Source of the DNA: Bacteroidia bacterium
GTDB taxonomy: Bacteria > Bacteroidota > Bacteroidia > AKYH767-A > 2013-40CM-41-45
Assembly (NCBI GenBank): GCA_038206355.1
Contig: JBBRAY010000001.1
Span: forward strand, 18,384-82,383
DNA length: 64,000 nucleotides
Reading direction: 5' to 3'
Part shown: one piece after another, positions 29,625 through 38,992 of the stretch
How positions within the stretch are numbered: position 1 is the first letter of the stretch
How the letters are laid out: each line of letters begins with the position of its first letter
The notes under the pieces: model-generated
What the model was told of the DNA's origin: nothing
Database searches by the model: none
Seen by the model: the letters and a program-made list of their open reading frames with translations, nothing else
Position numbers and translations under genes: made by a program

Positions 29625-30812
29625 ATGACAGCAACCATCATCATAACGATATGCCTGCTATTACTGACGGCCTATTTATTTGACATCAGTTCGCCGCTGA
29701 CGAAAATCCCGTCCGTTATCCTTCTATTATTGCTGGGATGGGTAGTCCGTCAATCTGCAGAACTCTTTCAGATACATATCCCGGATCTGAACATGCTGTT
29801 GCCATTATTCGGAACAATCGGACTAATACTGATCGTGATGGAAGGCTCGCTTGAACTGGAACTCAATAAATCAAAGTTTCCTGTCATTAAAAAGTCAATG
29901 CTCAATGCACTACTTCCGATGTTTATCATTGCATTCATTTTAACATGGGCATTTCATTATTATGGTGGTGGTACTTATAAAACAGCATTGATCAATGCCA
30001 TTCCGTTTTGTGTAATCAGCAGCGCCATTGCTATCCCCAGCGTGAGGCACATGTCGCCACACAACAAAGAATTTATTATTTATGAAAGCAGTTTATCAGA
30101 TATTTTCGGCGTTCTTTTTTTCAATTTTTTCGCGTTGAATGAAATCATCGACCTGCAATCATTTGGAAATTTCGGATTGGAATTATTGCTCATCATAGCC
30201 ATTTCATTCGTTGCTGTAATGGGTTTGTCTTTCATATTGAGTCGCATCAGACACCATATTACCTTTACGCCCATTATACTTTTGGTTATCCTCATTTATG
30301 AAATTTCAAAAATATACCATCTGCCGGGACTCATTTTCATTCTCGTGTTCGGGCTATTTCTCGGTAACATTGACGAGTTGGATCACCTTCACTGGATTAA
30401 AAAATTCCGCCCCGAAAAATTAAAAAGAGAAGTGGCAAAATTCAAGGACATCACCATTGAAGCGACATTTCTCATCCGGGCGCTGTTCTTTATTTTGTTT
30501 GGCTACCTGATGGAAGCAAGAGAAATTCTGAATACGGAAACACTGCCCTGGGCCGCTGCAATCGTGATGATTATTGTTGTTGTGAGACTCATCATACTGC
30601 GCATTTCCGGTCTTCCGCTATCTCCTTTATTATATGTCGCACCCCGCGGACTGATTACAATATTATTATTCCTTGCCATTACTCCCGACCAGTCACTTGT
30701 CCTGGTGAATAAGTCGTTAATCATCCAGACCATTATTCTTTCCGTTATTGTAATGATGTTTGGTATCATGGCGGGAAAGAAGCCGGCTATCAACTCAATT
30801 CAAACAACTTAA
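29625..30812 (+). CDS. cation:proton antiporter family membrane protein
   Basis: 395 aa with about 11 predicted TM helices and a Na+/H+ exchanger-like N-terminal layout. Family assignment is from general pattern only. Confidence 0.6.
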   Translation: MTATIIITICLLLLTAYLFDISSPLTKIPSVILLLLLGWVVRQSAELFQIHIPDLNMLLPLFGTIGLILIVMEGSLELELNKSKFPVIKKSMLNALLPMFIIAFILTWAFHYYGGGTYKTALINAIPFCVISSAIAIPSVRHMSPHNKEFIIYESSLSDIFGVLFFNFFALNEIIDLQSFGNFGLELLLIIAISFVAVMGLSFILSRIRHHITFTPIILLVILIYEISKIYHLPGLIFILVFGLFLGNIDELDHLHWIKKFRPEKLKREVAKFKDITIEATFLIRALFFILFGYLMEAREILNTETLPWAAAIVMIIVVVRLIILRISGLPLSPLLYVAPRGLITILLFLAITPDQSLVLVNKSLIIQTIILSVIVMMFGIMAGKKPAINSIQTT

Positions 30813-30818
30813 TTATCG

Positions 30819-32099
30819 ATGTCAACATTAATCATTATCATTTTCGTATTGGGATACATCGGTATCATTACCGAGCATTCTATAAAAATAAACAAGGCAG
30901 CAACAGCGTTGGTTACCGGGGTACTGTGCTGGACGGTGTACATCCTTTATTCACCCGACAAACACCTGGTTGCTGAGGAACTCACGCACCATCTGGGAGA
31001 GTTGTCGGGTATTCTCTTTTTTCTTCTTGGCGCCATGACCATTGTTGAATTGATAGATGCACATGATGGATTTGAGTTGATTACCACCAGGATCAATCAG
31101 ACTGACAAGCGCAAACTACTGTGGACTATTGCTTTTATTACATTCATCCTTTCAGCCATACTGGATAACCTGACCACCACCATCGTAATGGTATCATTGC
31201 TGAGAAAACTAATTAGCAATCCAAAAGAGCGGTTGTTCTTTGCAGGGATGATTGTAGTTGCTGCCAATGCAGGGGGCGCATGGTCACCTATTGGCGATGT
31301 AACCACTACCATGCTTTGGATCGGAGGACAAATTACTGCTGCCAACATCATCATCAAACTTATCCTGCCAAGTCTGGTTTGCCTTATTGTTCCATTGATT
31401 TATTTGTCTTTTAAGCTCAAGGGAAAAATTGTAAGACCTGAGATAGAATCTACAAACAATAAACAAAAACTTCCCCAAAGACACCAGACCATTGTATTTT
31501 TTTCGGGAGTTTTTATTCTTGCACTTGTTCCGGTTTTTAAAACAGTAACTCACCTGCCTCCATTTATGGGGATTCTATTCGGGCTGGGCTTACTCTGGAT
31601 AATCACTGAAATTATGCATTCAGGAAAAGGCAGTGAAGACAAAAATTTTCTTTCTGTTGTTTATGCGCTTCGTAAAATTGACACTCCGAGCATTTTGTTT
31701 TTTCTTGGAATACTCATCAGCATTGCTGCATTGCAAGCCGCAGGACTCCTCACCAATCTTTCTTCATGGCTTTCGTCCACGTTGAAGAACGACAATACGA
31801 TTGTAATTTCAATTGGACTTCTTTCCTCAATCATTGACAATGTACCATTGGTTGCTGCGGCACAGGGGATGTACAGCCTCAATCATTATCCGACCGACCA
31901 TTATTTCTGGGAATTCCTTGCCTATTGCACAGGAACAGGTGGAAGTGCACTGATTATCGGTTCTGCAGCGGGTGTTGCAGCAATGGGAATGGAAAAAATC
32001 AGTTTCTTCTGGTATCTGAAGAAAATCACTTACCTCGCCCTGCTCGGATATTTTGCCGGCGCAATTACATATATCCTGCAGCACCAAGTTGGAATTTGA
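30819..32099 (+). CDS. NhaD/ArsB-superfamily Na+/H+ antiporter
   Basis: 426 aa, polytopic. The segments LDNLTTTIVMVSL and SIIDNVPLVAA are characteristic of NhaD / CitMHS-like transporters. Confidence 0.7.
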   Translation: MSTLIIIIFVLGYIGIITEHSIKINKAATALVTGVLCWTVYILYSPDKHLVAEELTHHLGELSGILFFLLGAMTIVELIDAHDGFELITTRINQTDKRKLLWTIAFITFILSAILDNLTTTIVMVSLLRKLISNPKERLFFAGMIVVAANAGGAWSPIGDVTTTMLWIGGQITAANIIIKLILPSLVCLIVPLIYLSFKLKGKIVRPEIESTNNKQKLPQRHQTIVFFSGVFILALVPVFKTVTHLPPFMGILFGLGLLWIITEIMHSGKGSEDKNFLSVVYALRKIDTPSILFFLGILISIAALQAAGLLTNLSSWLSSTLKNDNTIVISIGLLSSIIDNVPLVAAAQGMYSLNHYPTDHYFWEFLAYCTGTGGSALIIGSAAGVAAMGMEKISFFWYLKKITYLALLGYFAGAITYILQHQVGI

Positions 32100-32294
32100 T
32101 CAGCAAAATTTTCATAATACAGTGATCTTTATATCAGGATAAGATTATTATTCGGCCCTGTATCATGCAGTAATACTGCATAGCCTTATAATTTATTACC
32201 ACGTAAAAAATTTGTCTGAATGTTCTGAATGCCGTAAGTTTGAACTTGCATCAAGCGGTTGATGGTAATTACATCCGGCTAAAATTGAAATTAA

Positions 32295-32717
32295 ATGAAA
32301 GCAACAACACTTTTTACTTTTGTTCAGGTTGTGGTATTTTCAGTGACGAATTTATTTGCTCAGGAAAAAGTAAAAGCCGGATTCGGCGTAACCGTCGTGC
32401 AACAGCAACCTCAATTTCCGGGTGGAGAAGACAGTCTGGTTTCTTTTCTGAAAAATAATTTACGTTATCCTCAGGAGGCCAGGCTGGCATGGATACAGGG
32501 CCGTGTATTTATTGGCTTTATGATTGATCATTCGGGAAAAATGAAAAATATAAAAGTGTTGAGCAGTGTAAATTCACAACTCGATGAAGAAGCGCTTCGT
32601 GTAGTACACATGATGCCTGAATGGCAACCGGGAAAAATCGGAGATACAAATGTTGACACGCAATATATTTTGCCGATTGAATTTGTGATGCCTCCCAAAA
32701 GAGAAAAAGAATTTTAA
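32295..32717 (+). CDS. TonB C-terminal domain protein
   Basis: 140 aa with a signal peptide and the TonB_C pattern QPQFPGGEDSLVSFLKNNLRYPQEA...GRVFIGF.ID..G....I.V......LDEEALRVV..MP.W.PG. Confidence 0.8.
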   Translation: MKATTLFTFVQVVVFSVTNLFAQEKVKAGFGVTVVQQQPQFPGGEDSLVSFLKNNLRYPQEARLAWIQGRVFIGFMIDHSGKMKNIKVLSSVNSQLDEEALRVVHMMPEWQPGKIGDTNVDTQYILPIEFVMPPKREKEF

Positions 32718-32718
32718 A

Positions 32719-33855
32719 CTACTTCTTCAATCCGATCCATGCTGTTATCGGATAATGGTCTGAAATTTTATTTCTGTGGGTTACATATCCTGATGACATG
32801 AGACCTTCAGAGTGCAACAAATAGTCAATGCGAAAACTCGGAAAGAGTCCGGCATACGTTTTTCCAAAGCCCGAACCACTTTCTCTGAAAGAATCCCGAA
32901 GGCCATCTGATAGTTTGTGATAGGTATAAGATGACGGCGTATCATTAAAATCACCTGCCACAATTACAGGGTAAGGACTTTTACCTACTTCATTTTTCAA
33001 CACGATGACTTGCCTGGTCCGCTTGGCAAATGCATGTTTCAGACGGCCGAGTATTTTTATTCCTCCTGCCATGTCATCCTGTTGTACGTCATTCTTCAGA
33101 TTGGACAGATACTGGTAATCTTCATTTCTGAAACGGATACTTTCAAGATGGGTATTGAAAATCCTGATGGTGTCTTTTCCAATGACAACATCGGCATAGA
33201 TAAAAATATTTCCTCCGCGTTTTTCAAAATGAACTGCTTCCTTTTTAATGATCGGGTACTTGCTGTAAATGGCAATACCCCAGTGGTCGGAGTCGCGAAG
33301 CGTAACAGTATATTCAACATGTGAGTAGGGCGTCTTCAGGACTTCAGGCACCAGCGCATTGTTATTGAAATCTGAAAGCTTTCTGTCGGACGAAAAATAT
33401 TCCTGAAAACAAACGATGTCGGGCGATTCCGCTTTCAAAAACTCAAATATTTTTCCCCTCGTTTCATGATTGTGAAACCAGTTATATAAATCAAAAAGCC
33501 TGACATTAAAAGACATCACCTTGACAGGAAAACCCGTGTCATGATTTTTCTCAGGCGCTGATGCTGACGGAAACCTCGGCTCAACAATGCCGAATATTTT
33601 TGAATAGCCAATTAGAATTGCAATGGTTGAATACCAGAATAATTTTCGTTTCCTCAAAATCCAGTATAAAATAAAAGTAAGGTTGAGTAGTAATAAAAAT
33701 CCATAGGTCAATGCAATCAGTTGAAGCCACCAGAAATTACCATCCGGTGAAATGTATGCAGCGAGATAGGAACACAACAGAAAAAAAATGCAGCATATGT
33801 TCAGGATGAACATCAGCTTATTGAAAAATGACATCTTGTTTTTTTCCTGAGTCAA
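32719..33855 (-). CDS. endonuclease/exonuclease/phosphatase (EEP) family protein, membrane anchored
   Basis: 378 aa with N-terminal TM helices. EEP motifs are present: VMSFNVR, DIVCFQE, GDFNDTP and SDHYPI. Confidence 0.8.
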   Translation of the reverse strand: MTQEKNKMSFFNKLMFILNICCIFFLLCSYLAAYISPDGNFWWLQLIALTYGFLLLLNLTFILYWILRKRKLFWYSTIAILIGYSKIFGIVEPRFPSASAPEKNHDTGFPVKVMSFNVRLFDLYNWFHNHETRGKIFEFLKAESPDIVCFQEYFSSDRKLSDFNNNALVPEVLKTPYSHVEYTVTLRDSDHWGIAIYSKYPIIKKEAVHFEKRGGNIFIYADVVIGKDTIRIFNTHLESIRFRNEDYQYLSNLKNDVQQDDMAGGIKILGRLKHAFAKRTRQVIVLKNEVGKSPYPVIVAGDFNDTPSSYTYHKLSDGLRDSFRESGSGFGKTYAGLFPSFRIDYLLHSEGLMSSGYVTHRNKISDHYPITAWIGLKK

Positions 33856-33890
33856 ACAACAGAAGATTAAAAAAAATAAAAATGATCGAA

Positions 33891-34778
33891 TTAATTATCC
33901 CGACTCGACCTGAAAAGAAATTCCCGTTCTTCATTCGTCAGACTTCCATAACCTGATTTACTGATCTTATCAAGTATTTCGTCTGTCCGTTCCTGGTTAT
34001 CTCTTTTTTTAGACACAAATTCATCATCACCGGCAGCACGTTTATAGCGCACTTTCATTCTACCACTTCCTTTGAAAAATGTTGCCAGTCTGTCCATCAA
34101 ATTAGTAAACCAAAGCGCAATATCGCGACCTTGTTTCAATTGTGTGACATAAACAAATCCGAACAATGCGCCGCCTAAATGTGCGATGTGGCCTCCGGCA
34201 TTGGAGCCACTTACATTGACCAGGTCAAGGAATACGGTAAAGATGGCGATGTATTTTAATGCCACAGGCCCGATGAACATGAGTCCGATTTTGTAATCAG
34301 GAAGTAAAGTAGCCGCTGCTGCAGTGATGGCCAGCACACCCGCTGAGGCTCCTAGTGCAAAAGAAATGGAGACGGATTCACTAAACAGCGGAAATAAATT
34401 ATAGGCCATGATATACAACAATGCCCCGCTGATGCCTCCAAGTATATATGTGCTGAATAATTTTTTACTGCCGAGATATTCCTGCAAAATTTTTCCCATC
34501 CAGTAAAGCCAGAGCATATTGAAAAGGATGTGAAAAAATTCCTCGTGGTAAAACATATAAGTAATAAGCGTCCATGGTTTTGTAATCAGTATTGGCAATG
34601 ATGCGGGAACGGCCAGCCAGTGTGAAGGAATAAAATAAAAATCGAGTGACGTCATGAATAGCTTCATGATAGCCCTCACCACTGCAAACCCAAGATACAC
34701 CACAACGTTGACTGCGATTATCTTTTGCAATGTATCGGCATTGCGAAACTGGCTTTTGATGTTACCTGAAAAATTCAT
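33891..34778 (-). CDS. rhomboid family intramembrane serine protease
   Basis: 295 aa with HILFNMLWLYW, catalytic GASAG, and AHLGGALFG containing the catalytic His. Confidence 0.85.
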   Translation of the reverse strand: MNFSGNIKSQFRNADTLQKIIAVNVVVYLGFAVVRAIMKLFMTSLDFYFIPSHWLAVPASLPILITKPWTLITYMFYHEEFFHILFNMLWLYWMGKILQEYLGSKKLFSTYILGGISGALLYIMAYNLFPLFSESVSISFALGASAGVLAITAAAATLLPDYKIGLMFIGPVALKYIAIFTVFLDLVNVSGSNAGGHIAHLGGALFGFVYVTQLKQGRDIALWFTNLMDRLATFFKGSGRMKVRYKRAAGDDEFVSKKRDNQERTDEILDKISKSGYGSLTNEEREFLFRSSRDN

Positions 34779-34887
34779 TTTAATTCAGAGAGAAGAGAGG
34801 TATTAGATATGAGATGTGAGATCGAAATAATGGAAGTAATTTTAAACATTATAGGTGTTACTTTTTTAATTGACTAACAATCTGACC

Positions 34888-35008
34888 CGGCTGCTCCCAA
34901 TGACTAATGACTTAATGACGGCTGTTCTCACTCCCAACTTCGGCTGCTACCATTGACCAATGACTTAATGACTCAATGACGGCTGTTCATCGGCTGCTCT
35001 CCTCTCCC
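34888..35008. repeat. intergenic 50-53-bp direct repeats (2.4 units) packed with (A/T)ATGAC heptamers
   Basis: CGGCTGCT starts at 34888, 34941 and 34991. The units read CGGCTGCTcccAATGACtAATGACttAATGACGGCTGTTC and CGGCTGCTaccattgaccAATGACttAATGACtcAATGACGGCTGTTC. Confidence 0.8.
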
Positions 35009-35010
35009 AC

Positions 35011-35874
35011 CTATGGATTATAAAAATCATTCCTCTTACTCTTATCCTGATTCCTCCAGATCATGATGGTGATAAATCCGAACAACAATCCACCGAGGTG
35101 AGCGAAGTGGGCCACATTATCTCCGGGCACATTAGCAAATCCACTAAAGAGCTCAATTGCACCATAGATCATCACAAAGTATTTTGCCTTGATGGGAAAT
35201 GCAAAATAAACGTACAGCAGATTATCCGGAAAAAGCATGCCATAAGCAAGCAATAATCCAAACACTGCTCCTGAAGCCCCCACTACGACAGGCGCATTCA
35301 GCACATCAGAACGAAACTCTTTCATGTAATCAACACTCAACGCCATCGCCCGTGGCGCATCGGTATTGATGATCAGATTAAATTTATTAATGAACTCATT
35401 GAAATGTTCCGACATTTCAAGAGAAGAAAATTTTGTAAAAGCCGCACTGTTTGCAAAGTCCTTCAGCTTATCATAATCCGGTGCTGCGATGTAATCATTC
35501 ATGTATGCAACTACGGGCTGCATTTCATAATAAACGAGGGCCTGTTGCACGAGGGCTGCTCCGAGGCCTGTAATAATATAGTAGTTGAGGAATTTTCTGC
35601 CTCCCCAAACATTTTCAAGTGCAGCGCCAAACATCCACAAGGCAAACATGTTGAAAAAAATGTGGCCAAAACTTCCATGCATGAACATGTAGGTAATAAA
35701 CTGCCACCACTTGAATTTCTCCGCCTCATAATAATGAAGTCCGAGGATATCATTCAAATCAACGCCGCGCTGCTGAAGGACATATGAGGCAAGAAAAAAA
35801 ATCCCGTTGATGATGAGAAGATTTTTTACGACTTCAGGAAGAAAACTAAAACGCTTCGGGCGAAATTGTTCCAT
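35011..35874 (-). CDS. rhomboid family intramembrane serine protease
   Basis: 287 aa with HIFFNMFALWMFG, catalytic GASGAVFG and AHLGGLLFG. Confidence 0.85.
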   Translation of the reverse strand: MEQFRPKRFSFLPEVVKNLLIINGIFFLASYVLQQRGVDLNDILGLHYYEAEKFKWWQFITYMFMHGSFGHIFFNMFALWMFGAALENVWGGRKFLNYYIITGLGAALVQQALVYYEMQPVVAYMNDYIAAPDYDKLKDFANSAAFTKFSSLEMSEHFNEFINKFNLIINTDAPRAMALSVDYMKEFRSDVLNAPVVVGASGAVFGLLLAYGMLFPDNLLYVYFAFPIKAKYFVMIYGAIELFSGFANVPGDNVAHFAHLGGLLFGFITIMIWRNQDKSKRNDFYNP

Positions 35875-35911
35875 AATATACTACTGCTTCGACTGCTGAT
35901 ACAAAGTGATT

Positions 35912-37732
35912 TTATTTTCTGAACATTTCTTTAATTGCGTCACTGCTCAGTTTTACGACCGTTGATTTGCCTTCCATGCTCATAAAGGGCTTCTCGCATG
36001 CAAAGAGTTCATCAACGAGCTGTTTCATTTCTTTGGGATTGAGGTGCTTTCCTGTTTTCACGCTGCTGTTTCTTGCCATTGCACGAACCAGGCTTTCGCG
36101 GCTGTCAACACTTAACTGAGACTGATTGTTTTTATACTGTTACAGCAGTTTTTCAATCATCCGCTTCTCATCGCCGGCAGGAATATCAGCAGGTGTGCCA
36201 TGAATTACAAATGCATTTTGTCCGAATTCCTGTAAATCAAAACCCAGCGATCTGATGTCTGCGCTGATTACTTTCATCAATTCAAAATCAGGCGCGGCAA
36301 GCTCAATGACCTGCGGAAACAGAGATTGCTGCGATGGACCATTTCCCGCTTCCATCATTTTCCGGTAGCGTTCATATAATATCCGTTCATGCGCTGCCTG
36401 TTGGTCAAAAAGTAAAAGTCCCGACTTCAGCCTTGTAATGATGTAACGGTTTTCGAGTTGAAAAATAAATTCATCACCTTCAGTTAACAACTCTTCACTC
36501 CATTTTGAATTCAATGTCAGGGGTACATTTTCTGCCGGTTGATGTTCAATGATGGATTGCACGTCAGCTTTTATACCTGAATAAAGATTTCCGAGTTGCC
36601 TGTTTTCTGACGGCGAACTCTTTTCGCGAAACGGATTGTACTCAGTATCCACCATGATCATGGGCTGCTTCGGACTTTCCTTCCTCATGGCATGAGGTAT
36701 ATCAAATGCCCGCTCCTGTTCAAAGTCGAGGGCCGGAGAAACGCTGTATTGTCCCAGTGCACGTTTTACGGAAGCACGTACGATGGCATATACGGATCGT
36801 TCATCTTCGAACTTTACTTCCGTTTTTGTAGGATGAATGTTCACGTCTATTTTTGCAGGATCAATATCCAGGTGAAGCCAGTAAGATGCAAATGAATCGC
36901 GTGGCAATAGTTCCTCAAAGGCGCCGGTAATGGCATGGTGTAAATAACCGTCTTTGATAAATCTTCTGTTTACAAAAAGATATTGTTCTCCGCGCGACTT
37001 GCGTGCAAACTGCGGCTTGCCGACATAACCGGTGATATTAAGTAAAGATGTTTCCTCCTGTACGGGCACTAGTCTTTCATTATAGTTGGCACCATATAAA
37101 TTCACAATACGCTGGCGGAAATTGGAAACGGGATGTTGAAATACTTCCAGTCCGTTTTGCAATAGGGTCATGGCAATCTGTGGTTGCGCCAGTGCTACGC
37201 GTTCAAATTCTTCAATGATATGACGTGCTTCGACAGGATTGGATTTGAGAAAATTTCTTCTTGCCGGTATGTTATAAAATAAATTTTTAACGGAGATAGA
37301 AGTACCCGGAGCAGTGCTCACGGCCTCCTGCGATCTCACTTCAGCGCCTTCGATCACTACGCACGTTCCCGTTTCATCTTCGTGCCGGCGCGATTTCAGT
37401 TCCACCTGTGCAATGGCGGCGATGGAAGGCATGGCTTCGCCACGGAAACCCATGGTACGGATACTGAACAGGTCCTCTGCTTTCTTAATTTTAGATGTGG
37501 CATGTCTTTCAAAACACATTCTTGCATCGGTTTCACTCATTCCGCAACCATTGTCAATAATCTGGATCAGTGTTTTACCTGAGTCTTTAATGATAACCTG
37601 GATATGCGTGCTTCCGGCATCAATCGCGTTTTCAAGCAATTCTTTAACGGCAGAAGCCGGACGCTGAATAACCTCTCCGGCAGCAATCTGGTTGGCAACG
37701 GAATCAGGAAGTAGGTGGATAATATCGCTCAT
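35912..37732 (-). pseudogene. mutL: DNA mismatch repair protein MutL with an in-frame TAA after codon 530
   Basis: The GHKL N-terminus (IAAGEVIQRPASAVKELLENAIDAG...DNGCGM) is intact. The ORF stops at TAA 36142-36140 (...MIEKLL*), yet the same frame continues for 75 codons (QYKNNQSQLSVDSRESLVRAMARNSSVKTGKHL...) to a stop at 35914-35912, giving a normal 606-codon MutL. Confidence 0.8.
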
Positions 37733-37829
37733 GAAATGCGTTGCGAAGATATTGTTTTTCGCCTGAGGAAAGACTTGAAAATTATTTAATGATTGATTGG
37801 GCGTTTACATTTCGGACTTTTAGATTTCC

Positions 37830-38013
37830 GGTAGTGGCACAGCTTGAGAGATTCCTCATTTCATTCGGAATGACAGGTTATAAATGATGTTTGTGGCGGA
37901 AGAGAAAATTTGCGGATCGGGGGCAAATTTTCTCTTCCGCCAACTTAATCAGCAACCTTTTTGTCTTTCCGAATGAAATGAGGAATCTTTAAAATCCAAA
38001 CTGTGCCACTACC
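37830..38013. repeat. 184-bp nested hairpin element (three perfect stems of 13, 22 and 19 bp)
   Basis: GGTAGTGGCACAG 37830-37842 pairs with 38001-38013. AGATTCCTCATTTCATTCGGAA 37849-37870 pairs with 37967-37988. GGCGGAAGAGAAAATTTGC 37895-37913 pairs with 37923-37941. The element lies between the divergent starts of mutL and the amidotransferase gene. Confidence 0.85.
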
Positions 38014-38096
38014 AGATTACCGGATAAGAGTTATTCGCGATCCGTTCTTCATTATTCGTTGTTCGTAAATTCGCAATCTTTCGTTATTCGTACCCC

Positions 38097-38855
38097 ATGT
38101 GTAGAATGCTTTCAAAAATAAGTGTTGAAAAATCGGGAATGCTCGATGAGATGATGCAATGTCCATATTCGTTGAAATATTTATCGGAACATGGCCTGCA
38201 ACCCGATGGCCATTCTATCCGTGGTACACATGATGATGGCTGCGGTATGGCATTTTCAAATAATGGCAACATTGAAATACATAAACGTTCAAAAGAAAAC
38301 GCATGGAATGAGTCATACCTGAATACAGCCCACACAGCAAGTTCAAATATCATTATTGGATACAACCGCCTGGCATCAAAGGCACTGGACAAGACGGAAG
38401 AAGGTTCGCATCCATTTATCATCAATGCCGGGGACAAATCTTTTGCACTTTGTCACAATAGAGGCATCAAAACTTATATGGCTGAAGCGATACAGCAACA
38501 TACTTCTGACTCATTTATTTTTCTGCAAAAACTCATTGATGACAGAGCAAAAAATGATGCTGAATCAATTTTTCTCCGCCTAAAAGAAATATCAAAAAAG
38601 ACTGCATATTCATCCCTTACCTCTTTTCTGATGACAGACAAAGAACTGTTTGTCTGGAGGGCATACAATGAACAAGATGAAAAGGCTATGGATTCTGAAA
38701 AACACTATACGCTTTACATGGCAATGAAAAGCAATTCTGCTGTTTTCTCCTCTGAACCACTGGACGCTTCACTCTGGATGCTGATAGAAAATAAAACTTT
38801 CCTGCATCTTTGTTATTCTGAATCAAAAATATCGCCGGAATACAGAAATTTTTAA
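38097..38855 (+). CDS. class II (Ntn) glutamine amidotransferase-like protein
   Basis: 252 aa starting MC (a Cys2 nucleophile position), with the DGCGMAF and NGNIE segments typical of YafJ-type GATase 2/6 domains. Confidence 0.6.
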   Translation: MCRMLSKISVEKSGMLDEMMQCPYSLKYLSEHGLQPDGHSIRGTHDDGCGMAFSNNGNIEIHKRSKENAWNESYLNTAHTASSNIIIGYNRLASKALDKTEEGSHPFIINAGDKSFALCHNRGIKTYMAEAIQQHTSDSFIFLQKLIDDRAKNDAESIFLRLKEISKKTAYSSLTSFLMTDKELFVWRAYNEQDEKAMDSEKHYTLYMAMKSNSAVFSSEPLDASLWMLIENKTFLHLCYSESKISPEYRNF

Positions 38856-38959
38856 GAAGCCTCAGATTTAAAAAACATTTTCGCAACTGCATTTACTGCA
38901 CTCACATCTTACTTTTCCTGCTTAGCGTAATACATGGCCGGTGGTATTCGATTGAAAAA

Positions 38960-38967
38960 TAGTTTTG
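38960..38967 (+). promoter_or_regulatory. -7 promoter box TAGTTTTG
   Basis: Perfect TAnnTTTG, 25 nt upstream of the ATG at 38993. Confidence 0.45.
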
Positions 38968-38992
38968 TCCCTGAATTCTAACCCACCCTCCA

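Noticed and set aside
34888-35008. Possible CRISPR array, given the direct repeats.
   Set aside because: There are only 2.4 units of about 50 bp, the repeats directly abut without unique spacers, and no cas genes are in the window.
36140-36142. Stop-codon reassignment or programmed readthrough as the explanation for the in-frame TAA in mutL and the TAG at 8097-8099.
   Set aside because: All other roughly 50 genes end at TAA, TAG or TGA with normal family lengths. Two different stop codons are involved, with no shared context. Mutation or base-call error is far more likely.
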